Positions 40,953-54,836 are shown, counted from the first letter of the stretch. The stretch is 64,000 nucleotides of DNA from Hydrolagus affinis (GCA_012026655.1 JAAILG010000133.1:62001-126000), one strand, 5' to 3'. Notes: generated by a model not told the origin, from the letters alone. Numbers and translations are program-made.

Positions 40953-43072
40953 CTGTGGGACAAAATAAACAAGGCATCATTCTTACTGTCAATAATCAGT
41001 CCATGCGTGTGATGCAGTGTCTCGTCACATTGTCAGAATGTCTCAAAGCTTCTGGTAACGTGTAGTGACTGTGTGTTTTAGGGATTTATGCCATTCATGC
41101 CAGCAACGTGATATGATAAGTTATTATTACAGTTCTGGCTGAGTCTTTGATTTAATGAGTATATCAGAATCAATCGTAAGTCTGTCAGCCTTGCTCTGGA
41201 GGAGGTGAAAAGAGAGTGTGTTTGTCACAGTAAATCTACAATGTTGTAAAAGCAGAAATGCAAAGTGTTCTGAAGGAAACCCAAGGAGAATGAACAGCAG
41301 AGACTTTCCTGGAGTTATTACTGGGGACGCTGCTCTGCCAGCAAATACTGGCTGCTTGACATCTTCCTCAGATTGCCTAACACAGTCGGACAACAGAGGT
41401 TCAGTCGAGACTCCTCTTCTCCTCACTGCCGTTAGCTACTCTCAGGTTGTTAGTGTTTCATTTATAGAAACATTAAACCCATTGCAGTACTGTCCACAGT
41501 TCTCCAGCCACTCCAGCCTGGAGTGGAATGAAGGCTGCTCTGTGACCCAGGACTGGCCTACGGCTCCTTATTCTGTGTCTGGTGGAGATTGAGAACTGTC
41601 CTGATAAGAATCGTCTGTGAGAAGCAGGGAATCACCACAGACTGGTGCAATAAGCTTCCAAATATTCTGCAGGGAAATTAAACACAGTGTCTGCATCGCC
41701 TGATCGTTTTATACCTTCAGGCAAAACTCAAGCAAGCTGCCCAGACGCTTACACCAACTTCACAAATTATTGATTCACTTCATTAAACGTTGCCCTCTGA
41801 GCTGAGGGAAAGGCAAAACTTTCTCTGGGAAAGAGAACAAGTCAGTGGAGTATGGCTTTTCTATCGCGTGATGGCGGAGAGGGCTTTCAGAAACAGGACA
41901 AAGGCTTGTTAGAACTGAGCAGGAAGAAAGGCGTTTGGGGTTAAACACATTCACTAATGATTGTACACATTAACCATGCTGTGTATCAAGTGGAGTTATT
42001 AGCCTACACCCCATGATGTGAAATCCACAGACTGGCTGGCAACCTGCCCCAGACACAGCCCAAATCAACACACCATCTGATACTGTAACAACTGAAAGGA
42101 ATTGTACCGTTTGTTTTGCTGGATCTTCCAGAAGGGAAATCGCCTTCCATTTCATGGCGCTAGAATACAAGATTGCAAGCAATTTAACATTCTCCCAGTG
42201 GGTTAGAAACTTGTCAATCTGCCTAAGATGCTTAAACAAGCAATTCATGACGTGAGTACCAAGCCTGCTCTCCCTCAGCCAAGTTATTCTCCTTCAAGAC
42301 TTACTGATTTCAGACTCTAATGATCATTTTAGAAAGAAACCTGCAGATGGGGTGGCTGGCAGCCCAGTGTAGGAATGTTCTGTTGAGCCACAGAGATGGG
42401 GTGTGAGACAATGGCTAACATTGAACACATGGTGAGTTTTCAGTTGCAAATCAGACAAGGGAAGGATGAATATTCAGAGCAACATCTGTGCTGCTGACAA
42501 TGAACCCACTGTTCCTGGTGCACGCGGAGAGTTTGAGGACAAATTGCCAAACTCTTCTCTAAATTAGATATGTTGGGTGATAATGGAAACTATAGGACCA
42601 GATTCACCCAGAAATATCCTCGATACTTGGGATGAAATCAGCCTCGTTTTCCATTCCAGCTGACGTCAGCAAGGATAAGGATGAGTCCAAAAGACTCAAA
42701 AAGTTACTTGCCCTTGCTTGGCCAACACACCCCTGTTTGTTAAAGAACTATTTGTAGGTCAGGATTCTGAGATCTTCATCTAAACCTCTCATGATCTAGG
42801 TCCATGCGGGAGGCGAGGTGCCAGGGGCGCTCTGGAGTTTAACCTTGTTTTACCTTTAAGGAAAGGAGATCCATTATTCAAAAACCTTTTCTCCAGAAAA
42901 CAAACTGCAGGCTGTAATGCAGAAGGCTCACAGGAAACCAGAAACAGAAGGAGGCATTCAGCCCATCAAGCCTGTTGCACCAGTTTGTTACGACCTTGGC
43001 AAATCTATTAATCCCAATTAAAATGTGTTGACAGTGGGGGAGTTGGCACCTTGGACCCGTGTTCTCAGATAC

Positions 43073-43210
43073 CTCTCCATAGGTGATGGTGTTGTTGTAA
43101 ATCCTCATTTCAGGGTAAACGTTGTCCAGATACCACTTGAAGCTCCGACACTGGAGTTTATTTCGGAGCGTGATTCTCTCGGACACGTCGCCAAAATCAA
43201 CCCCAGGATT
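43073..43210 (-). CDS. GALNT9: GALNT9 coding exon (138 nt, exon 8 equivalent)
   Basis: ttgacag|AAT CCT GGG...GGA GAG|gtatct; NPGVDFGDVSERITLRNKLQCRSFKWYLDNVYPEMRIYNNTITYGE. Confidence 0.96.
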
Positions 43211-43816
43211 CTGTCAATGTAACAAAGAGAGAAAATATTGATATAAAAGTGCCTTGCTCTCTGTTGGGCTTTGTTTTTACATTTTACATCGACTTGATTT
43301 CTGTTTGGTGTATTTCCCCACTCTGTCAGCTTGGAGTCAAGACAAAAGATTGACAAACTGTGCACAGCGACGAGGAGCTGAGGAGCCGGTTTTGGGCGAC
43401 AGACACCATCCCCAGAGGGACAGTTCCCTGTGTCTTCGCTTCTCCTGTAGGAGGAGCTCTAGGCCTCCGCTCAGCATCACTCTACAGTCATTTTATTCTT
43501 TGCACCATCCTAAAAAATGACAGCCCTGGTAAACATTCCTATTCTGTTCATACAAAGACATCTATAATTGGAGCTACGCTTTGGTGACCTCGATGTGGTA
43601 ACACGCATGCCGGAAGCCCACGGTTATGTCTGTTATGTGAGTGTTTTCCACGTTATTTCTTTAGGCTGAGGGTTATTTTTTACCCCCACACACATGACGA
43701 GAATGTGCTAAGGGAATTTTACAACCTGTGAGAGAAGGTAGTGATGTAACTGTCTGTGACTCAGAGATCATCTTATCTTCAGCTACGTGACAGTGACTGT
43801 ACCCTCCATTACTTAC

Positions 43817-44002
43817 ATTCATTGGGATATTCCAGGCCATGTACACATGGGACTTGAATTCATCCATCCAGACTTCTGCTGCCCGCAGCGAGTTTCTCTT
43901 GGCGTAGTAGTCAATGTCATTGTTGTAAGGCTTCTTTGTACGTTCGATGTGAGCCACTCTGGAGCAGGGCAGGACCTCCATGCTGCCTCCACACTGCCAG
44001 AC
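43817..44002 (-). CDS. GALNT9: GALNT9 coding exon (186 nt, exon 7 equivalent)
   Basis: cttccctccctcag|GTC TGG CAG...ATG AAT|gtaagt; VWQCGGSMEVLPCSRVAHIERTKKPYNNDIDYYAKRNSLRAAEVWMDEFKSHVYMAWNIPMN. Confidence 0.97.
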
Positions 44003-44749
44003 CTGAGGGAGGGAAGTCAGAAACATTGCTGTCTTACTGGCTTCATACAAACCCCCCGCCTTAATACTGGACGCCAGTCTTGAAGTCAATACCGCATCTG
44101 AAATCTTCAGATCAGAAGCCACGAATAATGTCCGCAAGACACACACACGCGCGATGAAACCAAGAGACGAGCCTCGTTCCCAGAGAGTAGTTGTAGAGGT
44201 CAGCATTATGTGCTTCAGCACCAAACACAGCAAATCCTTCGCTCTTTCCTTCCGAGAAGAACCTTTGTGAAGAGCTTACAGCAATTGCCAGAGGCCGCCT
44301 TCACAGCAACAAAAGCCGCCCCAACCTGTCATAGATACTCAAGGATGAGCCTGTCAGTGTCATTCCTCATCGCAATCCAGCTCCTTCACACTCACTTCAC
44401 ATCAACTAATAGATATGTATCATAGGTTTTATCTGATCTAAACTGTTATGTTTCAAGGAAAGCAAGGAGCCCTGGGACACAGAGATTCCTGCACTGCATT
44501 AACTAGATAAGCTCGCTCGCTCAGGTTCATTTATACCCATAGCCACGAGCCCAGTGCCCTGGTGGCTTAGCCTCCAGTGACTGTCTCAAACAAGCAGATC
44601 AGCATTCTGCACGATGCATTTGGAGCTTTGGGAGGAGCGTGTAAGCAACAGTGACGTGCGTGAGAGTCCTGAAAGATTCCCAACAATGCTCTTTACTTTG
44701 CCTATCTGGCTCGGTCAAGGCTTGTCTGCCGGCCAGCTCCTATCAGCCG

Positions 44750-44769
44750 CAGAGAGAGAGAGAGAGAGA
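44750..44769. repeat. (GA)n microsatellite
   Basis: Direct reading. Confidence 0.9.
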
Positions 44770-47700
44770 AGTAGAATGTGATTTGCTCCAAAGCTAAATA
44801 GCAAAGCTTGGAGCCACCAAAGGTATCATTTAAACCAAAAGACCAAGTAAATTGTGTAGCTGCAGCTAACATCCACGTGTGTGACCCGAGACCCATTCTA
44901 TTACACAATCTCAGCATAAATCAGGCAAATCAAGGCACCCTCAAGCTCCCAGCAGATTGAACTCACGCCATTTTCCTGAGGATTACTGTACACAACTCAT
45001 AGAGACTCAGACAGATACATATTGGTACAAAAACAACAGAGGATGAGTTCATGGCTGAGGTTAATCCTCGGATTCCAGCCATAGAAAGTTGCTAATAATG
45101 TAGTGTAGGGAGGAGCAGCAGGCATGGAAAAGGCTGCTGTACTGGCAGGACTGACATTCTGACCAGCTCTGGGTCACTGCCAGAGACATGTGGCATCAGG
45201 GTCAGATCTTGGTGTGCCACATGTGGTGTGGAGCTCAACCAAGAGAGCTGCAAGGCTGGTTGCAAATCCCACTGGAGGTTAGATATTCAGTGTGTGTGCT
45301 TTCATATTCATATTCAGGTAGTAGAGCCCACAGAAGTGTGTGGAGCAGGACAGCGGCAATCAGCGATAAAAGCTTTGCCCTTGTCAATCCTTATCATTTG
45401 AGCATTCATTAAGGAGCAGTCTCTGTGTCCGGGGATTGGATTGCACCATGTGTGCTGTATTCATTGAATGACTATTATAGACTCAGCATATTGACTGACC
45501 TGCCTCTACCACCTAGATTCTCAGAACAAATCAATGCACAAGAGCTCAGTGCTAGGGTGAGTGTGGCGTCAACAGACTAGCCAGGCTTACTGAAATTACA
45601 TCTTTCACTGGCCCTCAGCTGTGTCTTTCTCGAATGCCTCAAATATGGTTTTGAGTGGAAATTACCTGAGTTCTGATAGAGAGAAATGTGCCGGACACAC
45701 CCGGCTGTTTGTGGAACGTACAGAACGCAGAAATCACGTGCTGTGTTTGCGTACAACATATACAGTCACTAGACTTTACAGTAAAGTCTTGTGGAGCGCT
45801 TTGAGATGTAATAATGCATTATCCTGATGCATCAAGGATTATTAAACACAACAACTATTGGCTGGGAACTATTGGTCACTACTCTGACATCGCAGGTCGT
45901 GTATCAAACCTGGGAGGGTTTGATGACCCGCTGTACTGGGGAGAGGCTTGTTTCTCGGTAATATCTGGCCATCTAAAAGATGAATTAAGTGCCAATCCGA
46001 CAATACCCATCTGAAATTCAGAAAGGTTAATGCTTTTTGATTAAAGTTGGTTGCTGAAAAAGTTCAGAATCTTTAATCTCTCCCTTGACGTTTATTGGCA
46101 GAGAAATATTGCTTGTCTGTCTTCAAATGGAGAGTTCTCGCTGCACAATGCACGGGTCGAATGGATAATGTGAAAGAATGACTGAGATTCTTCCCCGTGA
46201 CATCAGGGAAATATAATTTTAGCAATAAAACTGAAGATTAGATATTCAGGATGTTACATCTTTGAGCAATATATGGGCCATTACTTGTCAAGAGTTTTTA
46301 GAAAAGTCTCCTGTTAATAATTGAGATTTGGGATGTACTTTTACTCATTTTTTTAGCTTAGCTTTTAGTTGCCATGGTAACCCAATGTTTGCTAAGAGAT
46401 CAGATAGGCAGGAGCCTAGAGCAGAGAATGAATTTGGGTGAGAGGTGTTGCCTCCTGACTGAGTGTCCAGATCATGGTCCCACCCTATCATTGAAGTATT
46501 AATTGGAGGGGAAACAGGGAGGGCAGGTGAGGGGTATAAACACAGGCACAGACTGGGAGGACAGAATAGTCGGTTTGCAGGCTGTCTTTGCTTTATGTTA
46601 TTCTAAATATCCAATGGTTTCATCGCTGAGGGAGGGAAGTCTGTTTATATCCAGTTTACCCTGGGTTATACCTCCCCCACCCCCCACGCACACACACATA
46701 CACACGCACGCACTCCTTCTCCAACTTCACTCACATCGATTGGATGCCCACATCATTGTTAATGGGACAAACTGGCCACCCACATCACGCTTTAATTCCA
46801 GGGAGCTTTGGGATGTTTGGGATCTTTCTGTGAAAGTGAGCGCAAGTTGTGGCTGTGAGGAAGTGTAACAAAGCCTGCTTTCAGATGACACAGTCACTAC
46901 ACCTTACAGTAAGCGCTTTGAGACTTCCCTCTTGATGAGAAAGGTGTGTATCGAATGTGAGGATTGTTTCTTGTTAGAATACTAACAGGCTTGAGCAGGC
47001 TCCTGGCAGTACCTCTCATAGCTCCCAGCAGGGTAGAGGGAAGATTAAATTAAATCAGATAACAAATGCCGTTTTATGAATAATGGATCCTTATTCCAGG
47101 CTAATGCTTTTACACACGCACAAACACACACACCTACATCCGCTTTCATAACTCATGCTTTTGTTAATATTTGATTCCACGCATAGGGTGGAACAATGAG
47201 GTGACAGAAACTCCATCACCTAGAAATTCATCCACCGATAGATACGCACTGCGACTTACTCTTACGCAGTCTCCGCGGGAAAGACCCTGTGCCTTGGGAT
47301 GTCCTCCGACGTGAAAGACGCTGTACAAATGTAATTTTGTTGTTGATTTTATTGTGTGTGTATGTCTAGAGCTGGGCGTGAACCTGATAGAACAGGGTGG
47401 GGATGGTAAAAGCTGGAACGTGTTTTAAAGACCCACAAACATACTATAATACCATCTGGCAAGCAAACCGTGTGGGAAAGCAGGCCATTATACTGCACAA
47501 TCTGGTGGCACAAATCATTCTCGGGGCTTACAGGACATTTTTGAGGCAGTGAATGCAAGTTAAGTAGCTGGGTGGAGAGGACAAGCAAATTGGCAGAAGA
47601 CAGTCCGGGCCAAGCATATCAGGTCCTTACCCCCTGCCAACATGTGAACCATCACAAGAGAGGTTCAGATGAAGTTCCTTCGCCCCATTTGATCTCACCT

Positions 47701-50700
47701 TTCCAGAGACCCCCCCCACACAGCGAGCAGTTTCTTAACGTGCCTTGTGTCCTGCCCACAACTGCCCTTCCTGGTAACAGCTTCTAGCTGTCCACAAGCC
47801 TTGGGCACATCACTCTGAGCACTGAGAATGGGCTCCAATGATACAGGCGTTTCAGTCCCCTCTCTAGTCTCTGTCTGTCTAATGTTGGGTCTGGAATAAC
47901 TTTCAATTATTCATAACACAGCAGACTGTTGAAAATGAAGATACTCAAACTGAGCCCTAGTTAATGCTCACGGGAATGTTGACAACTGCACATTTAGATG
48001 TCCAAAGGCAGTAGCTATTCTCAATGCTGATTAGCAACCTGACATTGTGGTGGAGTCAGAGCATGGCACATTAACAGCTGGTAAAGTGGAAACTCAAACA
48101 CCATTAAGGGGATCCTCGCAGCTACAATAGTGCAGTGTCTGATTTAAAACACCTCCTTACAGGACGATCAGAGACTCAGTCCTGCTGTCACTGATGCCGT
48201 TTAGAGTGGTGTCTCTCAGCCTCTCCATCACCTCATGTTAATCTAGTTTTTAACCTGATTTCCAATTCCCTCATTTACTTTAGTTTAATGTAAAAAAGGC
48301 CACAAATCTTCCTCCACCGGCTGTGTCAGCCCCTCTTCTCCTTCAGGTGCTTAAACTCCTTATTTCTCTATTGGGATTATTATTATTAGGATTAAAGGTC
48401 CTGAGCTGCGTGCTCCCTCTCCCCAGGACCGTAGCCACTGGACAGTCCTTAACACCTGCAGACAGGCCAATGTGGATTGAATTGTTCTACAGTTATCTGC
48501 AGCTGTGATCAGAAAATGGCTCACATTAAATCTTTCTCTGTCCAGTGTCCCTCCACCAACGACATCAAAATTATAGTTGTACAGCGGCTTTCAAACCGGG
48601 ACACATAACGCACACTGTAAATAAATGCACTTTTGCTAATAGTGTGAGATAACCACTTACATTTTGTCATCCAATGAGATGGCGAACCCACACTGAATTG
48701 TCGGCAAGCGCAGAGTGTAATCTCGGGCTAGAGAACCGTCTACCCCGGGGGAAAGTGGAATAAATAATCCTCTCACTGTTGTCCTCCTCACCATCGCTAG
48801 CCCCCTTTTTTTTCCAGATCAGACTCATAATGCACTCTGCTGTTCCGTCCTGCACTGCTTCACTGCCTTGGGCAAGTCGATGTGTCAGGCTCGATTCCCA
48901 ACAACATGCGCACACTGTGTACTGCGCGGTGAATCACAGAGCTTCAGTCTGTGGGAGAAGCTTTGCAGGTACATGGCCTCAACTGGCGTTCAGAATGGTT
49001 TATATCAGGCTGTCAGCCTGGTCAGCCTCTTGTGAGAGAAAATGAACCAAAGCTGAAAGGGTTCCAGTCAAATCTATATTTCATGGTTGGTTTGCAGACC
49101 ATGAAATGTAAATAATTACTACAAGAAAACTCTTAAATCAAGCTTTCAGTGTTGTTGGGGCTGCTGTTGTGCTTACACAGCCAATACGCCAGAGGTCGAT
49201 TAAATAACTCAGCTGAAGCTACATCGTCAGCTATATATTTGCAGCGCTTCAACAAAACCTGACGTGAGATTCGTGTAACACAAGACACTCTGCATGTGAT
49301 ACCGTGTATGCCATGCCACACAGTATCCGCCCTCTGCCTCTCTCGGTTCGCGCTGCTAATGTGGACCTGGAGCTTTGAACTGTAGCTGGTGTGGCCGGAT
49401 CACAGGGTAGGCCCTGTTTCCCTCAGTGGGAGGATGACACCTTTTATTGGATGTTCTGCCTCGGAGAGAATCTGGCTGCTTATCGACTGCTGAGCCCAAC
49501 TTATTGCAGCTCCCAGCCACAACAGGCTGTTTGCTTTTCATCATGTGTGATTTATCTCCCGCATTCTCACAATCACCGCAGACTATTTCAGTCTGGTTTT
49601 TTTTGTTTGCCGAGCTCTGTAGGCATTGGAAAAGCTGTGTTCTGTGCTCTTCACATCGGGGGGTTTATTAAGTGTTTTTTTGTTTTGTTCGGAGTATGCA
49701 AAGTGATTAGCTATCCCTTGTGATTGTCACACTTATATATTGCCTCACACAAAAATATATAAGCAATTTTGCTCCTTTTATCTCAAGCACTTTCAGACAT
49801 CCTTGTGACATGAGAGGCTCTAAATCAATGTAAATTGTAATGTATTGTAGCCGCCATTATCTGCTGGTTATATCCAGCCCAAACTGAGATACTTCCTTGC
49901 CAATCCCTGGCGAGCAGTGATGCATTCTCAGGTGATTTAATATAAGCCACTTTAAAATCTAGTCATTTTTTCAGTAATTAAAAAAAGTTGCATAATATTT
50001 GCTCTGTTTAATCGGCATCATTCATGAAGACAATTTTACATAAGAGACCCAGTCTGTCTTTAATTATAATAGTGTTCAGGCTGACACTCCAACACAGAGC
50101 TGGGGGGGATTCACTCCATTATCAGATGCCATATTCCAGATGAGATGTTAAAACAATGTAAAACTAGAGAAGCGGATAAACGGATGTCCTGTCTGCCTGT
50201 CCAGGTGACAATAAAGGTCCCCCATGGCACTACATGAAAGGAGAAGGGAATTTCTCCCGGCTTCCTGACTAACAATCCACCCTCCCCCCCACACCCCCCC
50301 CCCACGCCCCCGGGTGCAATTCATTATACACTTCATGGTTGTTTGGGACACTTTGCTGGGGATAAATTGGCTTCTGCGTTTGCCTTCAAAATACACAATC
50401 AGTATGCTTTACAGTATACTGTGAAGTGCTATGAGATGTCCTCCTGACATGAAAGGTACTGTATCAAATCCAAAGATTATTGTTAACATTAAACCACGCC
50501 TGAAAGACCAGGTACAGGCATACAGCACCCCCCACCACCCCGAACAAAGCAGAGAATCCCTGTCACTTCCAATTCCTTTCTCTAAGCTTTGGTTCCTTTG
50601 GTTTGCTGGGAAAGCGTTGGTAATGTTGCTGCTTGTGACAAATAAGGATGCCCCAGTCAGTCTCTGTCGGAGCTGTCCTGTCAGAACCACAGAGAGACAC

Positions 50701-50719
50701 CAAACAAAACACAAAATAC

Positions 50720-50946
50720 TACAGATGCTAGAAATCTGAAACAAAAACAGAAGTTACTGAGGAAACTCAGCAGGTCAGGCAGCATCCATGGAGAAAGGAA
50801 AAGGAGTCAATGTTTCGGGTCAACAATCCTTCGTCAGAACAGAACAGTTCTGACGAAGGGTTGCAGACCCGAAATGTTGACTCCTTTTCCTCTCTCCATG
50901 GATGCTGCCTGACCTGCTGAGTTTCCTCAGTAACTTCTGTGGTTTT
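50720..50946. mobile_element. Palindromic Penelope-like element with two opposed hammerhead-ribozyme cores
   Basis: 94-bp inverted arms 50747-50840 / 50847-50940 (6 mismatches, 6-nt spacer); each arm has CTGACGA-A-stem II-GAAA. Confidence 0.75.
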
Positions 50947-52027
50947 TCCCCCTTTGTGGCCTCTCCAGGAGACGATCCTAACAAACTGTAAACCCCAGAA
51001 CACTGGCTCTCACACTCCGCCGTCACAGTGTGAGCGGCTTGTGATCAATGCAAATGGATGGCCAAAGGGTAAAGAGAGAGCCACACAGATGTGTGAGATG
51101 CAGGCCTGCCTTTCCATCTGGTCAGCTGCAGTGCCAGTTTCACTCACTGTCTCAATAGACATATGAGAGCTCCTGCGTTCAGGTGGGAGCCTTCGCAACC
51201 GAAGGCTATTAATTACAGAGGGGTAACTTGGACAGTCCAAGCCACATTACTGATAGATTCAGTGCAATATACCGCCTCCCTAATGATCATCATTGATTTC
51301 AACTTCATTGTTTGGCCTTCGTGTTTTCCCTCTTACTGTCTCGCTCTCCTCAGCGAGGTGGAGACTAGAACTAAGGCAGCCTGCGATGCCGCCCCCCCAC
51401 CCCCCAGCTGTTCAGGGTTTGCCTGTGAAGGGTTTTGGGGGCCCCCAACCTGTGGCTCAATTGTTTCAGTCTTGTAGATTCTCAGCAAATCTTTCACATT
51501 AAGACAGAATTCATTGACCCACGTCCAAAGCACTTTATCGGAATACTTGATGTAAATCCATTCAAACGCAACGTGTTTCAGGTCACACCTCGGAAACATC
51601 ATTCAACACTCAAATCCTCTCAGGGATTAGCCCTCCCTTAAAGCATGCCTTTAGGTGGCTGGTAACGTGTTAATATTCTATTTATCTCATTGTTAATGTG
51701 TCAAGATATCATTCCAAAGGCATAAAGAAAGATGCTTTATGTGCGCTGTGTTCCTGCTGTGATCTGCCACAGCATCCTGCCTGATGGGAAAGGTGGGGTT
51801 CAGTGCAACTTTCAGCTAGGATAATCATTATTCTCACCTACCACATCGTGCCAATAATAATAATAATAATAATAATCCTTCCATTTTATATCACACACAA
51901 AATATACAGTCAATTCACTTTACAGTCAATTCTGTAAAGCGCTTTGAGACATCTCGAAGACGTGGTAAGGCACTATATCAAATGCAAGGTTTACTATTAT
52001 GTAGCACCCTATCATGTGGGCTCATGC

Positions 52028-52589
52028 CAGGCAGCCACCACACCCTCATCCACGCCTTCATGACATCCCGGCTCGATGATCCAAATGCCCAGCTGGTCAG
52101 CCTTCCCAATTCCTCCCTCCACAGGCTGCAGATAATCCAGAACTCTGTGGCCCGTGCCATCTACCGTTCCAAACTCCGTGATCCCATCTCCCCCATCCTT
52201 GCCCGACTGCATTGGCTCCCCATCATCCAGAGGATCCAATTCAAGATCCTGGTCCTCACATTTAAAGCCCTCCACAACCTCACCCCACCCTACATCCATG
52301 ACTCACTATCCCCTTACTAATCTGCCCACCCCCTCCATTTAGCTCTGGCCTGCTCCACGTCCCCCGACCCACCCACCCAATCATTGGTTGGTGAGCCTTC
52401 AGCCACTCTGCCCCCAACCCGAAATCCCTCCACCTCGCCCCCTACCTGGCCTCCTTGAAGGACCCATCAGCAACTCCTTCCCTCCCCACCTCTGTCCTCA
52501 GCTTGGGTCTGAATCAATAACTGTCCAACGCCTTGGGACGTCCCCCTTACATGAAAGGCGCTATACAAATGTCATTTAGTTGTTGTTGT
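52028..52589 (+). mobile_element. L2 LINE 3' fragment
   Basis: TLIHAFMTSRLDDPNAQLVSLPNSSLHRLQIIQNSVARAIYRSKLRDPISPILARLHWLPIIQRIQFKILVLTFKALHNLTPPY then type A tail. Confidence 0.92.
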
Positions 52590-53233
52590 ATCCTGTTGTC
52601 TCGCTGCCTGTTTTAGCTGTTTCCCTAATGCAATGAGACGCAAACTGACAGCAGCCAAATCCCTGCCAATGCATCCTGCGCTTTCCTCGTCATCGCACAG
52701 ATTTGCAAAGAAAAAAAAAGCAAAAGGTTTTAATGAAAATATGCTAATCTAATTGGAAATCGACATTTAAAATTATATCAAGAACTGATCAATACTAATA
52801 GCAGACACTGATAAATGTGATCCCAACAACAGAACACACGTTTAATAAAACCCAATTGGTCTCTTTAGTGCAGCATGCCTTGCCCTAATTCATTACTCTA
52901 CAGCAACAATTAACTCTTAATGGCTTTCTGTCATTTGGAAGAGTGAATGTGAAGCTTCAATTAGACCTGAGCAAATGCGAACTGTGTCCGTTCTCTTCAC
53001 ATCAGGCTGGCACAGAGGGTAGGCACTATGTCTGCTTCCAGTCATGTGATGGTGGTAACATTATCCAGCGTTGATCTATATCACTGTACAGTACAATTTA
53101 CAATCCCATTTACATGTATGCACCATCTTTCACGAGCACAGTCAAGTCAGGCAGGTTTTGAGACAGGAGGGAGAGAGTGAAACGGCAAGCCTCCAGGATG
53201 GAGTTCAAATGTGGAGGCAGAATCACAGGGCAT

Positions 53234-53234
<1 letters not shown>

Positions 53235-53265
<31 letters not shown>

Positions 53266-53542
53266 CCTTGCATTTGATATAGCGCTTTTCATGGTCTTCT
53301 AGATGTCTCAAAACTCTTCACGGAATCTACTGTAAAGTGAATTGATTGTATATATGTGGGCGAAACGCAGCAGCCAATTGCTCACAGCAACGTCCCCCAC
53401 AAACAGTCTTGGATTGAAATGACCAATTTTTTTTGATGGATTATAATTAGGCGTGTGAAGTAAGGAAACTTGCTCATGGTTTCGCTCTGCCAGGAATTGA
53501 AACCAGGTGTTGTAAGGCGAGTCCTCTGAGCTACAGGACTCC
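53235..53542 (-). mobile_element. Near full-length SINE with long (ATT)n tail
   Basis: Collinear with 25312-25635. Confidence 0.9.
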
Positions 53543-54561
53543 ACAATTTGGATGCTGGAGAGAGTATGCAGCGCTGGTCTATATCACAGCCTGCCTGGGT
53601 TACTCCTCAAAATAGCTTGAGCCATTCCAGATCCCAATGTTCACTTACAGCTCCTCAGAGCTTCATTCCTGCTCATCCAGAGACTGTCTGTGGGTGTCAG
53701 GGCCCCAGTTACACTGCTTGTGGAGGGCCCCGGAATCACAAGGGAACTGAGTCAGTCAGTCACAGGGAACTGAGTTCTGGCCCAGTGCAAAGTCACTGAA
53801 CCTCATTACAGTCAGTACAGGTTGCAATGACATGAAAGCCTGAAAGAAAATGAAAATTTGTTCCCACTTGAACTCTTAAAGACTTTAGCTGTCACAGCTG
53901 GTAACAGCAATGTTTGCGCGATGTGCGACAGCCTCCTGTACAAAACACTCGCTACACTTTCCCCACAGTTCACGGCTGCAATTCAATTGCATTTATTATT
54001 TTAAATAACCTTTTTTTCTCGGTCAAAATATATATGTAGTAAATTAAAGAGTCAATAATAATCCTTAAAATCCCTTGATTTGATATCAAGTGGGGAGGTC
54101 AGTCCGAATAGGGTTTGATAAGATTTACCATAATGTAAAGTATAGAGACTGTGTATTTTGCAATAAAACATGGGAAGTAAACCTGGCACAGCACACGTCC
54201 CACAAATAGCTGTGAAGTGAGGGTGAGTTAGGTTGTTTTGGTAATTTGTGTACAGGCTCTGCTCTGAGAGTCTCTGAGCTGTGCAGTGCAGTAAATTCAG
54301 ACACAGCTGAAACCACAAGGCTTCTAAAGCACCCGAGGTTAATGGCTTTTACTACTGTTAATTCAAATCCATTGAGCTGAATCACTCTGTCGTCCTTTCC
54401 CCCAAAAGATAGACATTAACAGAAACTGTCTATCATTGGACAATTTCCATCAGTTTATCAACGTTTGATAGTGGAAGGCTTTGAACTGTTTGAAAAACTA
54501 ACTTCATGAAGAGGCATTGGTCTTGTACTTTGGTTATCTTAAGAAAAGACTTTATTATTTT

Positions 54562-54836
54562 GGTTTGAACCTCTCCTGGCAGGGCAAATCCTTGGCAGGT
54601 TTCCTTACTCCATACGCCTAATAATAATTCCACAAGAAAGAAAATAATAATATTGTAATTTGGTCACTCAATCCACTACCGTTTGTGGAATGCTGCTGTG
54701 GGAAATTGGCTGCCATGTGTTACCCACAAATATACAGTCAATTCACTTTACAGTATATTCTGTGAAGCGCTTTGAGACACAGTCTAGAAGTCATGAATAG
54801 TGCTGTATAACATGCAATGATTATTATCATTATTAT
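54562..54836 (+). mobile_element. SINE lacking the 5' half of the tRNA head
   Basis: GGCAGGGCAAATCCTTGGCAGGTTTCCTTACTCC...GAAGCGCTTTGAGAC...(ATT)n. Confidence 0.85.

Noticed and set aside
43673-44233. 186-aa ORF as a stand-alone gene
   Set aside because: Only 43817-44002 is coding; the flanks are intronic read-through past clear splice sites. The same applies to ORFs 40680-40952 and 42878-43186
51982-52320. 112-aa ORF with protein-like composition
   Set aside because: Decayed L2 ORF2 fragment, not a host gene
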